64,000 nucleotides of DNA from Candidatus Nomurabacteria bacterium (GCA_943349945.1 CALQZS010000002.1:51278-115277), one strand, 5' to 3'; positions 9,521 through 19,648 are shown, counted from the first letter of the stretch. Numbers and translations: made by a program. The notes: generated from the letters alone by a model not told the origin.

Positions 9521-9803
9521 ACCAGAAAAAGCAGCGAAAGTATTTACCAGCGATTTTGCAAAGCGCGTGTACGCTGTGGTGGCCAAAATCCCCAAAGGCA
9601 AAACCATGACGTACAAGCAAGTCGCCGCCAAAGCAGGGAAGCCAGGTGCCGCGCGGGCAGTGGGTATGTTTATGATGCACAACTACAATCCAAAAATCCC
9701 TTGCCACCGCGTCATACGCTCCGACGGCAAGCCGGCCGGATACAACCGCGGCGGCCCAAGTAGAAAAATAGAAATCTTGCGCGAAGAAGGGTATCAGTTT
9801 TAA
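9486..9803 (+). CDS. ogt: methylated-DNA-protein-cysteine methyltransferase (MGMT/Ogt C-terminal domain only)
   Basis: The active-site motif IPCHRVI is present. The start is uncertain (ATG 9486 overlaps the upstream gene; an alternative GTG lies at 9567). Confidence 0.75.
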   Translation: MRQKPRTDSFSKPEKAAKVFTSDFAKRVYAVVAKIPKGKTMTYKQVAAKAGKPGAARAVGMFMMHNYNPKIPCHRVIRSDGKPAGYNRGGPSRKIEILREEGYQF

Positions 9804-9810
9804 TACACAC

Positions 9811-10482
9811 ATGGACACTATACGCCTTGAAGACTCTTGGAAGAAACATCTGGAGCCTGAGTTTGCGCAATCCTACTTCCAGAAGCTCCGCACCTTTGTG
9901 CACGACGCATACACACAAAGCACCGTATACCCACCGCCCAAAAATCTATTTCGTGCGTTTGACCTATGCCCTTTCGACCAAACAAAGGTGGTGATATTGG
10001 GCCAAGACCCATACCACGGACCAGGGCAAGCAAATGGCCTGTGCTTTGCAGTAGAAGGGGACACGCCGCTGCCGCCGTCGCTGCAAAATATTTTTAAAGA
10101 AATCGAAAAAGAGTACGGCGTGCCTATGCAAAATAAAAACGGCGATCTTTCGCGCTGGGCTGCACAGGGGGTACTGCTTTTAAATGCGACACTCACCGTG
10201 GGGGCACGCTCACCTGGCTCGCACCAGCGCAAAGGCTGGGAAGAGTTTACCGACGCTGCAATACACGCACTATCGAAAGAGCGCGAGGGGTTAGTATTTA
10301 TGTTGTGGGGCAACTATGCAAAAAACAAAGGTGCGCACATTGACCGTAAAAAACATTTGGTGCTTGAGGCGCCACACCCGTCGCCTTTTTCTGCACACAG
10401 CGGATTTTTTGGCTGCGGCCACTTCAAACTCGCGAACGAATATTTAGCCGCGCACGGCAAAAAACCAATTGACTGGCTCTAA
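9811..10482 (+). CDS. ung: uracil-DNA glycosylase (family 1)
   Basis: Motifs GQDPYHGPGQA and HPSPFS. Confidence 0.9.
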   Translation: MDTIRLEDSWKKHLEPEFAQSYFQKLRTFVHDAYTQSTVYPPPKNLFRAFDLCPFDQTKVVILGQDPYHGPGQANGLCFAVEGDTPLPPSLQNIFKEIEKEYGVPMQNKNGDLSRWAAQGVLLLNATLTVGARSPGSHQRKGWEEFTDAAIHALSKEREGLVFMLWGNYAKNKGAHIDRKKHLVLEAPHPSPFSAHSGFFGCGHFKLANEYLAAHGKKPIDWL

Positions 10483-10517
10483 AAAACTAACGTAGTCAGA
10501 CTACGTTAGTTTTTTAC
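10482..10517. terminator. bidirectional rho-independent terminator between ung and pepO
   Basis: A perfect 11-bp inverted repeat (ctaacgtagtc a gactacgttag) flanked by an A-run and a T-run. Confidence 0.75.
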
Positions 10518-10520
10518 TTT

Positions 10521-12473
10521 TTACCAAATATGGGCGCGTTTGGACGGGTCGCGGTAGAGTTTGTCGCCTTTTTTAAGTCCGAAGGTTTTGTAAAATGGCT
10601 CAAAGTTAGCAAGCGGCCCGTTGATACGGAAGGGTGCCACTGCGTGAGGGTCCGTCAGTGCGCGCATTTTGAGCGTTTCTGGCCGCGCAACTTCGCGCTC
10701 CATTTGGGCAAACCCCAAGAAAAACCGCATCTCGGGCGATAGACCGCCGACAATTTTTCGGCCTGCTTTTGCTAAATATTTTTGGTACGCATCATAGGCG
10801 ATAACCAGTCCGCCTAAGTCTGCAATATTTTCCCCCAGTGTAAGTTGACCGTTCAGGTGTATACCCCCCGCCACTTCGTGTGCATTTGCTTGGGCGACCA
10901 CCAGCTTTCCTTTTTTCTCAAACGCTTGTTTGTCTTTTGGAGTCCACCAGTTTTGCATATTGCCCTTTAGGTCAAACTTGGCGCCTTGGTCGTCGAATGC
11001 GTGCGTCATCTCATGGCCAATCACCGAGCCAATGCCCGCGTAGTTCACCGCCATGTCTGCTGTGGGGTCAAAAAACGGCCACTGCAGTATCGCAGCAGGG
11101 AACACAATATCGTTGAGTGTTTGGCTGCAGTACGCATTGACCGTCTGCGGCGACATAAACCATTCGCTGCGGTCGACACCTCGAGCAAGCTTACGCATCA
11201 TTTTTGCATAGTCGTGGGCATGTATGCGCAAACCGTTACCAAAATAGTCGTCTGGAACAATCACCACTCCTTTGTACAAATCCCATTTAGTAGGGTAGCC
11301 AATTTTACGGGTCATGGCGCGCAGCTTGGTGATGGCTTTGCGTTTGGTCGCCACACTCATCCAGTCGAGCTGCTGCATCCGCTCTGCATACACAGAAAAC
11401 AAATCGCTCACCAACTGATCGATTTTGTGCTTCGCTTCTTTGGGGAAGTAACGCTCGACGTACAACTTGCCAAGGGGCTCGCCCAAAGCTGCGTTGGTCG
11501 ACATGAGCGCGCGGCGCCAAAGGGGCTTCATCTTTTTGACCCCATGCAGCACGCCCGAGTAAAAGTTAAACTGCTCGGTCACAAACGCTTGCGACAACCC
11601 GCCACTCATATCGTTGAGCAAGTGCCAAGTCAGGTATACTTTCCAATCCTCCAGCGGGATCTCTTTGAGCATCTTTTGTGCCTCTGCAAAAAACTTTGGC
11701 TGGCCGACAATAACTTTTTTGACCACAGGCGCACCCATAAGTAACAGGTATGACTTCCAAAAAGCACTAGGTGTAACTTTGTGATAGACCTTGTGTGGGT
11801 CGCGCACGTCTTCTTTAGACATAGACGCCTTTGCCAGCGCGGTTTCTATATCCAGCACCACTTTTTGGGCACGTGCAATTTCGGCAGGCTTAAAGCCGGC
11901 GATTTTGAGCAGGTTTGCTATGTAGACTACGTACGCATCACGTACACGCTTCTGTTCGGGCTTGTTTTCTAGATAGTAGTCGCGCTCAGGCAACCCCAAG
12001 CCTCCTTGCCACAAATGCAAGATGTAGGCAGCGCTGTTTTTGGAGTCTTGGTCCACAAAAAAGCTCCACACACCAGAAACGCCGGCCTTGTGCAAAAAGG
12101 CAATAGTTTCTACGAGCTCTTTTTGAGATGAGATGTTTTCTATGCGACGCACAAAATCCCACAGCGGCTTAGTGCCAAGCTTGTTGCGGCGCGGCATATC
12201 AAACGCCGAGCGGTAGTAGTCGGCAATAAGTTGCTCGGGTGTGCCTTTTTTGTGATTTTGTTTGGCCAACAGCTCGTCTACAATTACTTTGAGCTTTTGT
12301 TCTGTCTCGACACGCAAGGTGATAAAGCTACCCCAGCGCGCCTCGTGTGGAGGGATTTTGGTTTTCTTGACCCAGCCGCCGTTGGCGTAGCTATAAAAGT
12401 CATCTTGCGGCCGGACGGCGATGTCTATACCCTTAGCATCAAAACCCCACCAGTTTTTACTCTGTTTTTGCAT
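10521..12473 (-). CDS. pepO: M13 family zinc metalloendopeptidase (PepO/neprilysin-like)
   Basis: Motifs HEMTHAFD (HExxH) and ENIADLGG, with M13 family length and layout. Confidence 0.9.
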   Translation of the reverse strand: MQKQSKNWWGFDAKGIDIAVRPQDDFYSYANGGWVKKTKIPPHEARWGSFITLRVETEQKLKVIVDELLAKQNHKKGTPEQLIADYYRSAFDMPRRNKLGTKPLWDFVRRIENISSQKELVETIAFLHKAGVSGVWSFFVDQDSKNSAAYILHLWQGGLGLPERDYYLENKPEQKRVRDAYVVYIANLLKIAGFKPAEIARAQKVVLDIETALAKASMSKEDVRDPHKVYHKVTPSAFWKSYLLLMGAPVVKKVIVGQPKFFAEAQKMLKEIPLEDWKVYLTWHLLNDMSGGLSQAFVTEQFNFYSGVLHGVKKMKPLWRRALMSTNAALGEPLGKLYVERYFPKEAKHKIDQLVSDLFSVYAERMQQLDWMSVATKRKAITKLRAMTRKIGYPTKWDLYKGVVIVPDDYFGNGLRIHAHDYAKMMRKLARGVDRSEWFMSPQTVNAYCSQTLNDIVFPAAILQWPFFDPTADMAVNYAGIGSVIGHEMTHAFDDQGAKFDLKGNMQNWWTPKDKQAFEKKGKLVVAQANAHEVAGGIHLNGQLTLGENIADLGGLVIAYDAYQKYLAKAGRKIVGGLSPEMRFFLGFAQMEREVARPETLKMRALTDPHAVAPFRINGPLANFEPFYKTFGLKKGDKLYRDPSKRAHIW

Positions 12474-12526
12474 ATATACGGTGGATAATACCCTAAATAC
12501 TCAAATCTTGGTAAGATAGAAACACT

Positions 12527-14437
12527 ATGACATTGGACGAGGTGCGGGCAAAATACTTGGCGTTTTTTAAGGAGCAGGGGCACGCAATTATCCCCAGCTC
12601 TTCTTTGGTGCCACAAAACGACCCGACTACTCTTTTTACCGGCTCGGGGATGCAGCCCCTGGTGCCGTACCTTTTGGGCAAAAACCATCCTGCAGGGTCG
12701 AGGCTCGTGGACTCGCAAAAATGCTTCCGCTCGATGGATATTGAAGAAGTAGGGGACAACCGCCACACTACTTTTTTTGAAATGTTGGGAAACTGGTCGC
12801 TCGGAGATTATTTTAAACAAGAACAGTTGCGTTGGTTTTTTACTTTTTTGACCGACAAAGAAAAAGGGATAGGGCTCGACCCAGCACGCCTGTATGTCAC
12901 CGCATTTATTGGCGATAAAGCAAATAATGTGCCACAAGATACAGAATCTGCAGAGCTATGGCAGAAACTTTTTAGCGAAAAAGGTGTTGAAGCAAACGTG
13001 GTCGAAATAGGCTCAGAAGCAAATGGATACACCGTAGGGATGCAGGGCGGGCGTATTTTCTATTACGATGCAAAGAAGAACTGGTGGTCGCGTGCGGGCG
13101 TGCCCGAAAACATGCCTGCGGGCGAGCCAGGAGGCCCAGACTCGGAAGTATTTTATGAGTTTACCGATATCGAACACGACCCTAAATGGGGCGCACAGTG
13201 CCACCCAAACTGCGATTGCGGCCGCTTCCTCGAAATTGGGAACTCTGTGTTTATGCAGTACATCAAGCAGGAGGACGGCTCTTTTGCGCTGCTTCCTAAA
13301 CAAAACGTCGACTTTGGCGGCGGTTTGGAGCGTATTGTTGCCGCATCAGAAAACTCATCGGATATTTTTAAAACAGGCACACTTCACGTACTTGTAGAAC
13401 ACATACAAAAGAGTGCGGCGGTTGCATATAATTCCAGCAAAGAAGCGACTGCTGCGTATCGTATTATTGCAGACCACGTCCGCGCAGCATCATTTCTTAT
13501 TGCCGACGGCGTGCTGCCATCCAACACTGACCGTGGATACTTTTTACGCAGACTCCTTCGTCGTAGTGTGCGCTATGCAGACAAACTTGGCTTGCCCGCA
13601 GGCTATTTAGCATCGCTGTACGCCACAGTGGGGCAACAGTACGCAAATCATTATCCCGAATTAGAGGAGGATAAGCACGAAATTATTGCAACCGAAGAAG
13701 CCAAGTTTCGAGAGACACTTGCGCGAGGAATGAAAGAACTCGAGCGTTTTGTTGGACAAGGCTCTTTGTCCGCTCAGGATGCATACCAACTTGTAACAAC
13801 CTATGGCTTTCCGCTTGAGTTGGTTATCGAAGAAGCAGGGGAGCGTGGAATCAAACAAATCGATATGGACGGCTTTAAGGAGCTACTCAAACAGCACCAA
13901 GACCTTTCCCGTGCAGGTAGCGAGCAAAAGTTTAAAGGCGGCTTGGCCGACACATCAGAAGCCACCACACGCCTGCACACTGCGCACCACCTGCTTCTTA
14001 AAGCACTTCAAACGGTGCTCGGGCCCCATGTAAAGCAGCGCGGCTCAAACATTACCCAAGAACGTTTGCGCATCGACTTCTCACACGGCGAAAAAATGAC
14101 CGACGAGCAAAAGGCTGAAGTAGAGCGTATCGTCAACGAAAAAATAAAAGAGGATATCCCTATGATCCGCTCCGAGATGGCAAAAGAGGAGGCAGAGAAG
14201 CTGGGTGCCGAGCACGAGTTTGGTGCAAAATACCCAGACCGCGTGTCTGTCTATTCACTCGGGCCAAAAGAAGCTACAGAGGACAACCCTATGCACGAGC
14301 AAGCATTTTCTATCGAGTTTTGTGGCGGCCCGCACGTTGCCCACACAGGCGAGCTGGCGCAGTCTGGTGTCTTTAAAATACAAAAAGAAGAAGCGGTTTC
14401 TGCCGGCGTACGCCGTATCCGCGCAGTGTTGCAATAA
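12527..14437 (+). CDS. alaS: alanyl-tRNA synthetase (catalytic plus editing domains, no C-Ala domain)
   Basis: A class II AlaRS N-terminal core and an editing domain with HxxxH and CGGPHV motifs. Only 636 aa. Confidence 0.9.
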   Translation: MTLDEVRAKYLAFFKEQGHAIIPSSSLVPQNDPTTLFTGSGMQPLVPYLLGKNHPAGSRLVDSQKCFRSMDIEEVGDNRHTTFFEMLGNWSLGDYFKQEQLRWFFTFLTDKEKGIGLDPARLYVTAFIGDKANNVPQDTESAELWQKLFSEKGVEANVVEIGSEANGYTVGMQGGRIFYYDAKKNWWSRAGVPENMPAGEPGGPDSEVFYEFTDIEHDPKWGAQCHPNCDCGRFLEIGNSVFMQYIKQEDGSFALLPKQNVDFGGGLERIVAASENSSDIFKTGTLHVLVEHIQKSAAVAYNSSKEATAAYRIIADHVRAASFLIADGVLPSNTDRGYFLRRLLRRSVRYADKLGLPAGYLASLYATVGQQYANHYPELEEDKHEIIATEEAKFRETLARGMKELERFVGQGSLSAQDAYQLVTTYGFPLELVIEEAGERGIKQIDMDGFKELLKQHQDLSRAGSEQKFKGGLADTSEATTRLHTAHHLLLKALQTVLGPHVKQRGSNITQERLRIDFSHGEKMTDEQKAEVERIVNEKIKEDIPMIRSEMAKEEAEKLGAEHEFGAKYPDRVSVYSLGPKEATEDNPMHEQAFSIEFCGGPHVAHTGELAQSGVFKIQKEEAVSAGVRRIRAVLQ

Positions 14438-14446
14438 TTCCGAGCT

Positions 14447-14495
14447 ACATAGGGCAACCCTATGTATGTGAATTTGTGGCGTTTTTGGTGTTGCA
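14447..14495 (+). terminator. possible terminator after alaS
   Basis: A hairpin (acataggg caa ccctatgt) followed by a T-rich tract. Confidence 0.45.
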
Positions 14496-14517
14496 GTAGT
14501 GGGGTATACTGTGGTGT

Positions 14518-15492
14518 ATGAGTTGGCTCTTTGGGGGTGGCAAAAAAACAAGAGGAGAGACCATCGTAGTGCTTGATGTAGAGAACGGCAGCGTAGGCGC
14601 CGGGCTTGTACGGCTTGTACCAGGCGCCTTGCCAAAACTTTTTGCACAAACCCGTGTCCCTATGCCGTTGGCACGCACTCGCAGTGCCGCAAGTTTGGTG
14701 CGCGCAGCGGAAGTTGCCGCGCTTGAGGCGCTCCAACACACCAGCCTTGTCGCCGCGCGCGTGCGACACAGCAAACTGCACACCTTGGGCGATGTATCGC
14801 GAGCCGTTGTTTTTTTGCATGCGCCGTGGTCGACGCTAGCTTCCACAAAACGCTCGTGGAACCACGAACCAGAAATGGTACACGGCTTGCGCGTAGCGTT
14901 GGCTAGTACGTTTGGAGATATCCCTGCCACTTTTCGTCCTTTTTCTACTGCAGCGCTCCACACTACCAACACGCTTTTTGAACAGCAGGGGAGTTTTTTG
15001 CTTTGCACCATAACCGGCGAGATGGCCGAGCTCTTGCTCGTTAAAGACGGCAACTTAGAAGGGCGTGCAACCATTCCCTTGGGTAGCAATTTAGCGTTGC
15101 GGACACTGCAGAGCCACACCGGTATGAGCCAAGCAGAGGCACGCTCGGCACTTTTGTTGGCTCACGATGCACCAACGCTGTATCCCGAGCCATTGAGCGC
15201 CGCCGCAAACCATTTTTCTGCAGCGTTTAGAGACGCTGCGCGCGAGATACTCGATACACCCGTTACAGGCGTGCTTATTATCGGCACCGAACCAGGCGGT
15301 ACGTGGGCGGCCAAAACACTCTCGGTGGCGTCGCCCCCAAGCACCGTACCCGATCCATTTGCCGAAGACACCGTGGTACGCACACTTAATGCCCGCCATA
15401 TAGCACCCTATATTGCCGCGCACGCACACAGCCCAGACATTGCACTTATGGTTGCCACTGTTTTTGTTGCTAGTAAAATTAATGAGGTATAA
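14518..15492 (+). CDS. hypothetical protein (possible actin-like ATPase fold)
   Basis: A 324-aa ORF. The N-terminus (IVVLDVENGSVGAGLV) resembles the phosphate-1 motif of actin-fold ATPases. TATACT at 14505-14510 lies 7 nt before the ATG. Antisense ORFs overlap it. Confidence 0.5.
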   Translation: MSWLFGGGKKTRGETIVVLDVENGSVGAGLVRLVPGALPKLFAQTRVPMPLARTRSAASLVRAAEVAALEALQHTSLVAARVRHSKLHTLGDVSRAVVFLHAPWSTLASTKRSWNHEPEMVHGLRVALASTFGDIPATFRPFSTAALHTTNTLFEQQGSFLLCTITGEMAELLLVKDGNLEGRATIPLGSNLALRTLQSHTGMSQAEARSALLLAHDAPTLYPEPLSAAANHFSAAFRDAAREILDTPVTGVLIIGTEPGGTWAAKTLSVASPPSTVPDPFAEDTVVRTLNARHIAPYIAAHAHSPDIALMVATVFVASKINEV

Positions 15493-15501
15493 TACACATA
15501 T

Positions 15502-16785
15502 ATGCGAGATATGAACCCAACAAACGATAGGTCAATACGCAACATCCCCGTATCAAGTAACCATCGACGTCCGCCACAACCCATGCATACACCAGAGGAC
15601 ATGATGGATGATATGCCTCCACCACCACGCCAACCAAGACCACGACGCTCTTTTGCGTTTGTGTGGTGGACAGCAGGCACCGTTTTGGTTTGTGCACTCG
15701 CAGGACTTGTAGCATCAACCATATTCCAAGGTGCAACAGTCACGGTGCACCCCAAAACAGAGCCCGTAGTGCTGCCCTCGAGCATCACCGCAGTACCCAA
15801 CGCCCAAGGCGCAGCCCTTGGCTACCAAACCATGTCTGTTACGCAAACAGCATCTACCTCGGCACCTGCAACTGGCTCACAAAAAGTATCCAAACCAGCT
15901 ACAGGGATGATAACGGTATACAACGCATACAATACCGACAAACAACCATTGGTGGCTAACACTCGTTTCGAGGCGCCAGACGGCAAAATATATCGCATCA
16001 AAGAGGCAATAACGGTCCCTGGTGGCACCAAAAAAGCTGATGGTACCATCACACCAGGCACGGTAACCGCAACCGTGTATGCCGACGTTCCTGGCGCCGA
16101 ATATAACCGTGCCGAAAGCACACGCTTTACCGTCCCTGGATTTAAAACCGACCCCCGCTACAGCAAATTTTACGCAGAGTCTCAGGGTCCTATAGGTGGC
16201 GGCTTTGTGGGAGACGAGCCTGCGGTTTCGCAAGACACCATAACTAAAGCCCAGGCAGCGCTTAAACAACAACTCGACGAGGCGCTTCGTGCCGCAACAC
16301 TAAGCAACATTCCTGCCGGTTTTATACCGGTCGAGGGTTCGCTCGCCGTAAACTACACCGCACTTACCCAAGCTGCTGGTCCAAACGGCACCGCAGTGTT
16401 GGGGCAAAGCGCTACCGCGAGCTCGGTCATAGTCCGTGCTTCCGACCTGGCGGCAGAGATAGCAAAGCAGATGGTCCCTATATACAACGGCGAGCCTATC
16501 GCTTTTGAAGACCCAACCCAAGTCCGCATCACCCTGGACCCTGCAAACAAAGAAACTACCGGCCCTTTGAACCTAAACCTAAGCGGCTCTCCAAAGCTGG
16601 TGTGGCAGTTTGACCAAAACGCAGTCAGAGAGGCACTCTTGGGCAAAGACAAAAGCGCTTTCGAAACCATCATCCTAAACACCTTTAAACCCGCAATAGC
16701 GAGCGCTGAAGCCAAAATTCGCCCCTTCTGGAAGGCAACCTTTCCCACCAGCGCCGACCAAATCATCATAAAAGTAGCAAACTAG
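15502..16785 (+). CDS. hypothetical membrane-anchored protein (Pro-rich N-terminus, single TM, large external domain)
   Basis: A 427-aa ORF. TATAAT at 15488-15493 lies 8 nt before the ATG. Confidence 0.6.
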   Translation: MRDMNPTNDRSIRNIPVSSNHRRPPQPMHTPEDMMDDMPPPPRQPRPRRSFAFVWWTAGTVLVCALAGLVASTIFQGATVTVHPKTEPVVLPSSITAVPNAQGAALGYQTMSVTQTASTSAPATGSQKVSKPATGMITVYNAYNTDKQPLVANTRFEAPDGKIYRIKEAITVPGGTKKADGTITPGTVTATVYADVPGAEYNRAESTRFTVPGFKTDPRYSKFYAESQGPIGGGFVGDEPAVSQDTITKAQAALKQQLDEALRAATLSNIPAGFIPVEGSLAVNYTALTQAAGPNGTAVLGQSATASSVIVRASDLAAEIAKQMVPIYNGEPIAFEDPTQVRITLDPANKETTGPLNLNLSGSPKLVWQFDQNAVREALLGKDKSAFETIILNTFKPAIASAEAKIRPFWKATFPTSADQIIIKVAN

Positions 16786-16853
16786 CCAACAGATTCCGGG
16801 GCAGTTTGACGCATAGAAGCGTCTCTGCTATGATGGTTTTTGTCGCTCAACGA

Positions 16854-17063
16854 ATGGAGAATCAAAACGAAGAAGTGCCGGGCGTTGTAGAAGAGGCGCT
16901 GCCCAACACGCTGTTTCGAGTTTCTTTGGGATCAGGGGAGGTGATACTTGCATACCTTGCAGGCAAGATGCGACTTCATCGCATCAAAGTGCTGGTAGGG
17001 GACAAAGTGCTTGTAAAAATCGACCCCTATGGCGGCAAAGGGCGGATCACTCGCAGAATGTAG
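16854..17063 (+). CDS. infA: translation initiation factor IF-1
   Basis: S1-like fold with LPNTLFRV...GKMR and a strong IF-1 match. Start was moved to ATG 16854. Confidence 0.9.
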   Translation: MENQNEEVPGVVEEALPNTLFRVSLGSGEVILAYLAGKMRLHRIKVLVGDKVLVKIDPYGGKGRITRRM

Positions 17064-17065
17064 TT

Positions 17066-17179
17066 ATGAAGATAAAAGCCTCAGTAAAAGCTCGCTGTGT
17101 TAGCTGCAAAATGCTCCGCCGGAAAGGGCGGGTGTATGTTATTTGCAGCAATCCTCGCCACAAACAACGCCAAGGATAA
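17066..17179 (+). CDS. rpmJ: ribosomal protein L36
   Basis: A 37-aa ORF ([37 protein letters not shown]) with the zinc ribbon typical of L36. It is not in the ORF track because it is under 60 aa. Confidence 0.85.
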   Translation: MKIKASVKARCVSCKMLRRKGRVYVICSNPRHKQRQG

Positions 17180-17191
17180 TTTCAATACATC

Positions 17192-17569
17192 ATGAGAATC
17201 TCAGGTATCACTATTCCTAATAAACGACTCACCTTTGCGCTTACAGCGCTTTACGGCGTGAGCAATCCTCGCGCACGCTACATCTGCGAGCAGGCAAAAG
17301 TCGATCCTACAAAAAAAGCGGACGATCTGACCGCCGAAGAAGAAAACGAGCTCCGCCGCATCATCGAAGGTTTTAAAATCGAAGGTGACTTGAAGCGCGA
17401 AGTCTCAGGAAACATCAAACGTCTTAAGGACATCGGTGCATACCGAGGCCTCCGCCACGGTAAACGCTTGCCAGTTCGCGGACAGCGCACCAAGACCAAT
17501 TCACGCACTGTCCGAGGCAACGTTCGCAAGACCATGGGCTCTGGTCGCCGCAAGGTTGAAAAGACCTAA
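17192..17569 (+). CDS. rpsM: ribosomal protein S13
   Basis: Full-length S13 similarity (MRISGITIPNKR...). Confidence 0.95.
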   Translation: MRISGITIPNKRLTFALTALYGVSNPRARYICEQAKVDPTKKADDLTAEEENELRRIIEGFKIEGDLKREVSGNIKRLKDIGAYRGLRHGKRLPVRGQRTKTNSRTVRGNVRKTMGSGRRKVEKT

Positions 17570-17598
17570 AATATACTGTATAACTACTGACACAACCT

Positions 17599-18027
17599 AT
17601 GGGTAAGAAACGAATAGTCAAAAAAGGAGGGGATGATAATGCCGGACGTGGTAGCGGCTCTTCTCGTGCCAGCAAGCGCCGGCTCGAGTCGGGACGCCTC
17701 TATGTTGAGGCAACCTACAATAACACCAAGGTGTCGTTGACCGACGAAAAGGGCAACGTGGTTGCTTGGTCATCAAGCGGCAGCCTAGGCTTTGCGGGCG
17801 CAAAAAAGGGGACTCCCTTTGCTGCAGCAAAAGTGGGTGAGCTTTTAGCAGACAAGGCAGGGCAGATGGGGCTTAAGGAAGTGTCGGTGGTTGTGTCGGG
17901 TGTGGGCGCAGGACGCGAGTCTTCTATACGCGCGTTTACCTCAAAAGGTATCCACATCCAAAACATCAAAGACACAACCCCGGTACCACACAACGGACCT
18001 CGCCCACCTAAAGCGCGCCGCGTATAA
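17599..18027 (+). CDS. rpsK: ribosomal protein S11
   Basis: Full-length S11 similarity. Confidence 0.95.
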   Translation: MGKKRIVKKGGDDNAGRGSGSSRASKRRLESGRLYVEATYNNTKVSLTDEKGNVVAWSSSGSLGFAGAKKGTPFAAAKVGELLADKAGQMGLKEVSVVVSGVGAGRESSIRAFTSKGIHIQNIKDTTPVPHNGPRPPKARRV

Positions 18028-18041
18028 ACTGAAAATTTTTT

Positions 18042-18653
18042 ATGTTACTTGGACCAAAATTCAAAATCTGCAAACGCTTGGGCGCATCGGTATTTGAAAA
18101 ATGCCAGACGCAAAAGTTCCAGCTCGCTGAAGCGCGCGCTCCTCGTCGTTCTCGCCCTAAGCGCGGTGGCGGTGGCGACTTTGGTATCCAACTTTTGGAA
18201 AAGCAAAAAGCTCGTTTTACCTACGGACTCTCCGAGAGCCAGTTTTCTCGCTATGTGCACGAAGCCATGGAGAAGCGTGGAGGCAGTAGCTCTGCAGGGT
18301 TGGTCAGCCGCCTTGAGGCACGCCTCGACAACACTGTATACCGCGCTGGCCTGGTCAAAACTCGCCGCGCAGCGCGCCAGTTGGTGAGCCACGGACACAT
18401 CCTGGTCAACGGCCGCCGCATGACTATTCCCTCATACTGCGTGCAAGAGGGCGACACCATTTCTGTACGTCCAGAAAGCCAGAGCAGCGCTCTGTTTGTG
18501 GGCCGCAAAGAGGCAGTAGTAGAGACCAAAAATCCCGCATGGATGCAATTGTCCGAAGACGGCATGTCATACAAAATCACCAGCACACCAAGCATTACCG
18601 AGACGGAGTTGCCCTTCAATGCTGCGGTGATTATCCAATTCTATAGTCGCTAA
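18042..18653 (+). CDS. rpsD: ribosomal protein S4
   Basis: Full-length S4 similarity including the S4 RNA-binding domain. Confidence 0.95.
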   Translation: MLLGPKFKICKRLGASVFEKCQTQKFQLAEARAPRRSRPKRGGGGDFGIQLLEKQKARFTYGLSESQFSRYVHEAMEKRGGSSSAGLVSRLEARLDNTVYRAGLVKTRRAARQLVSHGHILVNGRRMTIPSYCVQEGDTISVRPESQSSALFVGRKEAVVETKNPAWMQLSEDGMSYKITSTPSITETELPFNAAVIIQFYSR

Positions 18654-18676
18654 CTTATAAGTAATTTGTATTGCAT

Positions 18677-19648
18677 ATGATGGAATATTCGATAACACTG
18701 CCGAGCAAGCCACGCATCGTCTCCGAAGAGGAGCATTCTGGCACCTACGAGATAGACGGCCTCTATCCTGGCTATGGCCACACCTTGGGCAACAGTCTGC
18801 GCCGCATTATTTTGTCGTCGCTCCCTGGCGCCGCTATTACGTCGGTCAAGATCGACGGTGTTGAGCACGAATTTTCTACCATGGACGGCGTCCGCGAAGA
18901 CGTGGTCACCATTTTGCTTAACCTCAAAAAACTCCGCTTTGAAGTTTTGACCAACGAGCCACAAACTATTACCCTTTCTGCAAAAGGCCCTAAAAAAGTA
19001 TCCGGCGAAGACTTGACCTTGCCTGGCCAAGTACGCTTGCTTAACCCAAACTCCTACATCTGCGAGTTGACCGACAAGGACGCAAAAATAGAAGCCGAGT
19101 TCCACATCGAGCGAGGACTAGGCTACGTGCCACGCGAAGCGCTTAAAAAAGAGCGCGTTGATATCGGCGAAATTTCTGTAGATGCAATATTTTCTCCTAT
19201 CCGCCGCGTAAACTACGAAGTAGAGAACATGCGCGTTGGCGACCGTACCGACTTTAACCGCCTTCGCCTTACTATCGAAAGCGACGGCACCATAGAGCCA
19301 CGCGCAGCGCTTGAGCAAGCAATAGAGGTTATGATCACCCAGCTTAAAGCCATCGTCGGCTTCCGCGAGGAAGAGTTGCCTTCATCTCCTGCAAACCACG
19401 GCGGCACTTCGTCTATTGATGCAAACCCAACTTCTGCAGAAAACACCGCAGAGGCACTTAAACGCCGCATCGACGACCTCGACCTATCGTCTCGAACAGT
19501 GTCAGCACTCGAGAAGGCAAACATCCGCACCGTCGGCGGCCTTGCTCGCAAAAAAGAGGACGATCTGTTAGAAATTGAAGGTCTGGGGCCAAAAGCGATA
19601 CAAGAGATTAAACGCTCGCTCGCAAACCTCGGCATCATCCTTAAATAA
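18677..19648 (+). CDS. rpoA: DNA-directed RNA polymerase alpha subunit
   Basis: Full-length RpoA N-terminal and C-terminal domain similarity. The start is ATG 18677 or 18680. Confidence 0.95.
   Translation: MMEYSITLPSKPRIVSEEEHSGTYEIDGLYPGYGHTLGNSLRRIILSSLPGAAITSVKIDGVEHEFSTMDGVREDVVTILLNLKKLRFEVLTNEPQTITLSAKGPKKVSGEDLTLPGQVRLLNPNSYICELTDKDAKIEAEFHIERGLGYVPREALKKERVDIGEISVDAIFSPIRRVNYEVENMRVGDRTDFNRLRLTIESDGTIEPRAALEQAIEVMITQLKAIVGFREEELPSSPANHGGTSSIDANPTSAENTAEALKRRIDDLDLSSRTVSALEKANIRTVGGLARKKEDDLLEIEGLGPKAIQEIKRSLANLGIILK

Noticed and set aside
10986-11744. 252-aa plus-strand ORF
   Set aside because: Lies entirely antisense within pepO (M13 peptidase with the HEMTH motif) and has no independent support.
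14460-15119. 219-aa minus-strand ORF
   Set aside because: A shadow ORF within the longer plus-strand gene 14518..15492. Its translation is Ser/Ala/Arg-rich, with no motifs and no promoter signal. The plus-strand gene has TATACT-N7-ATG.
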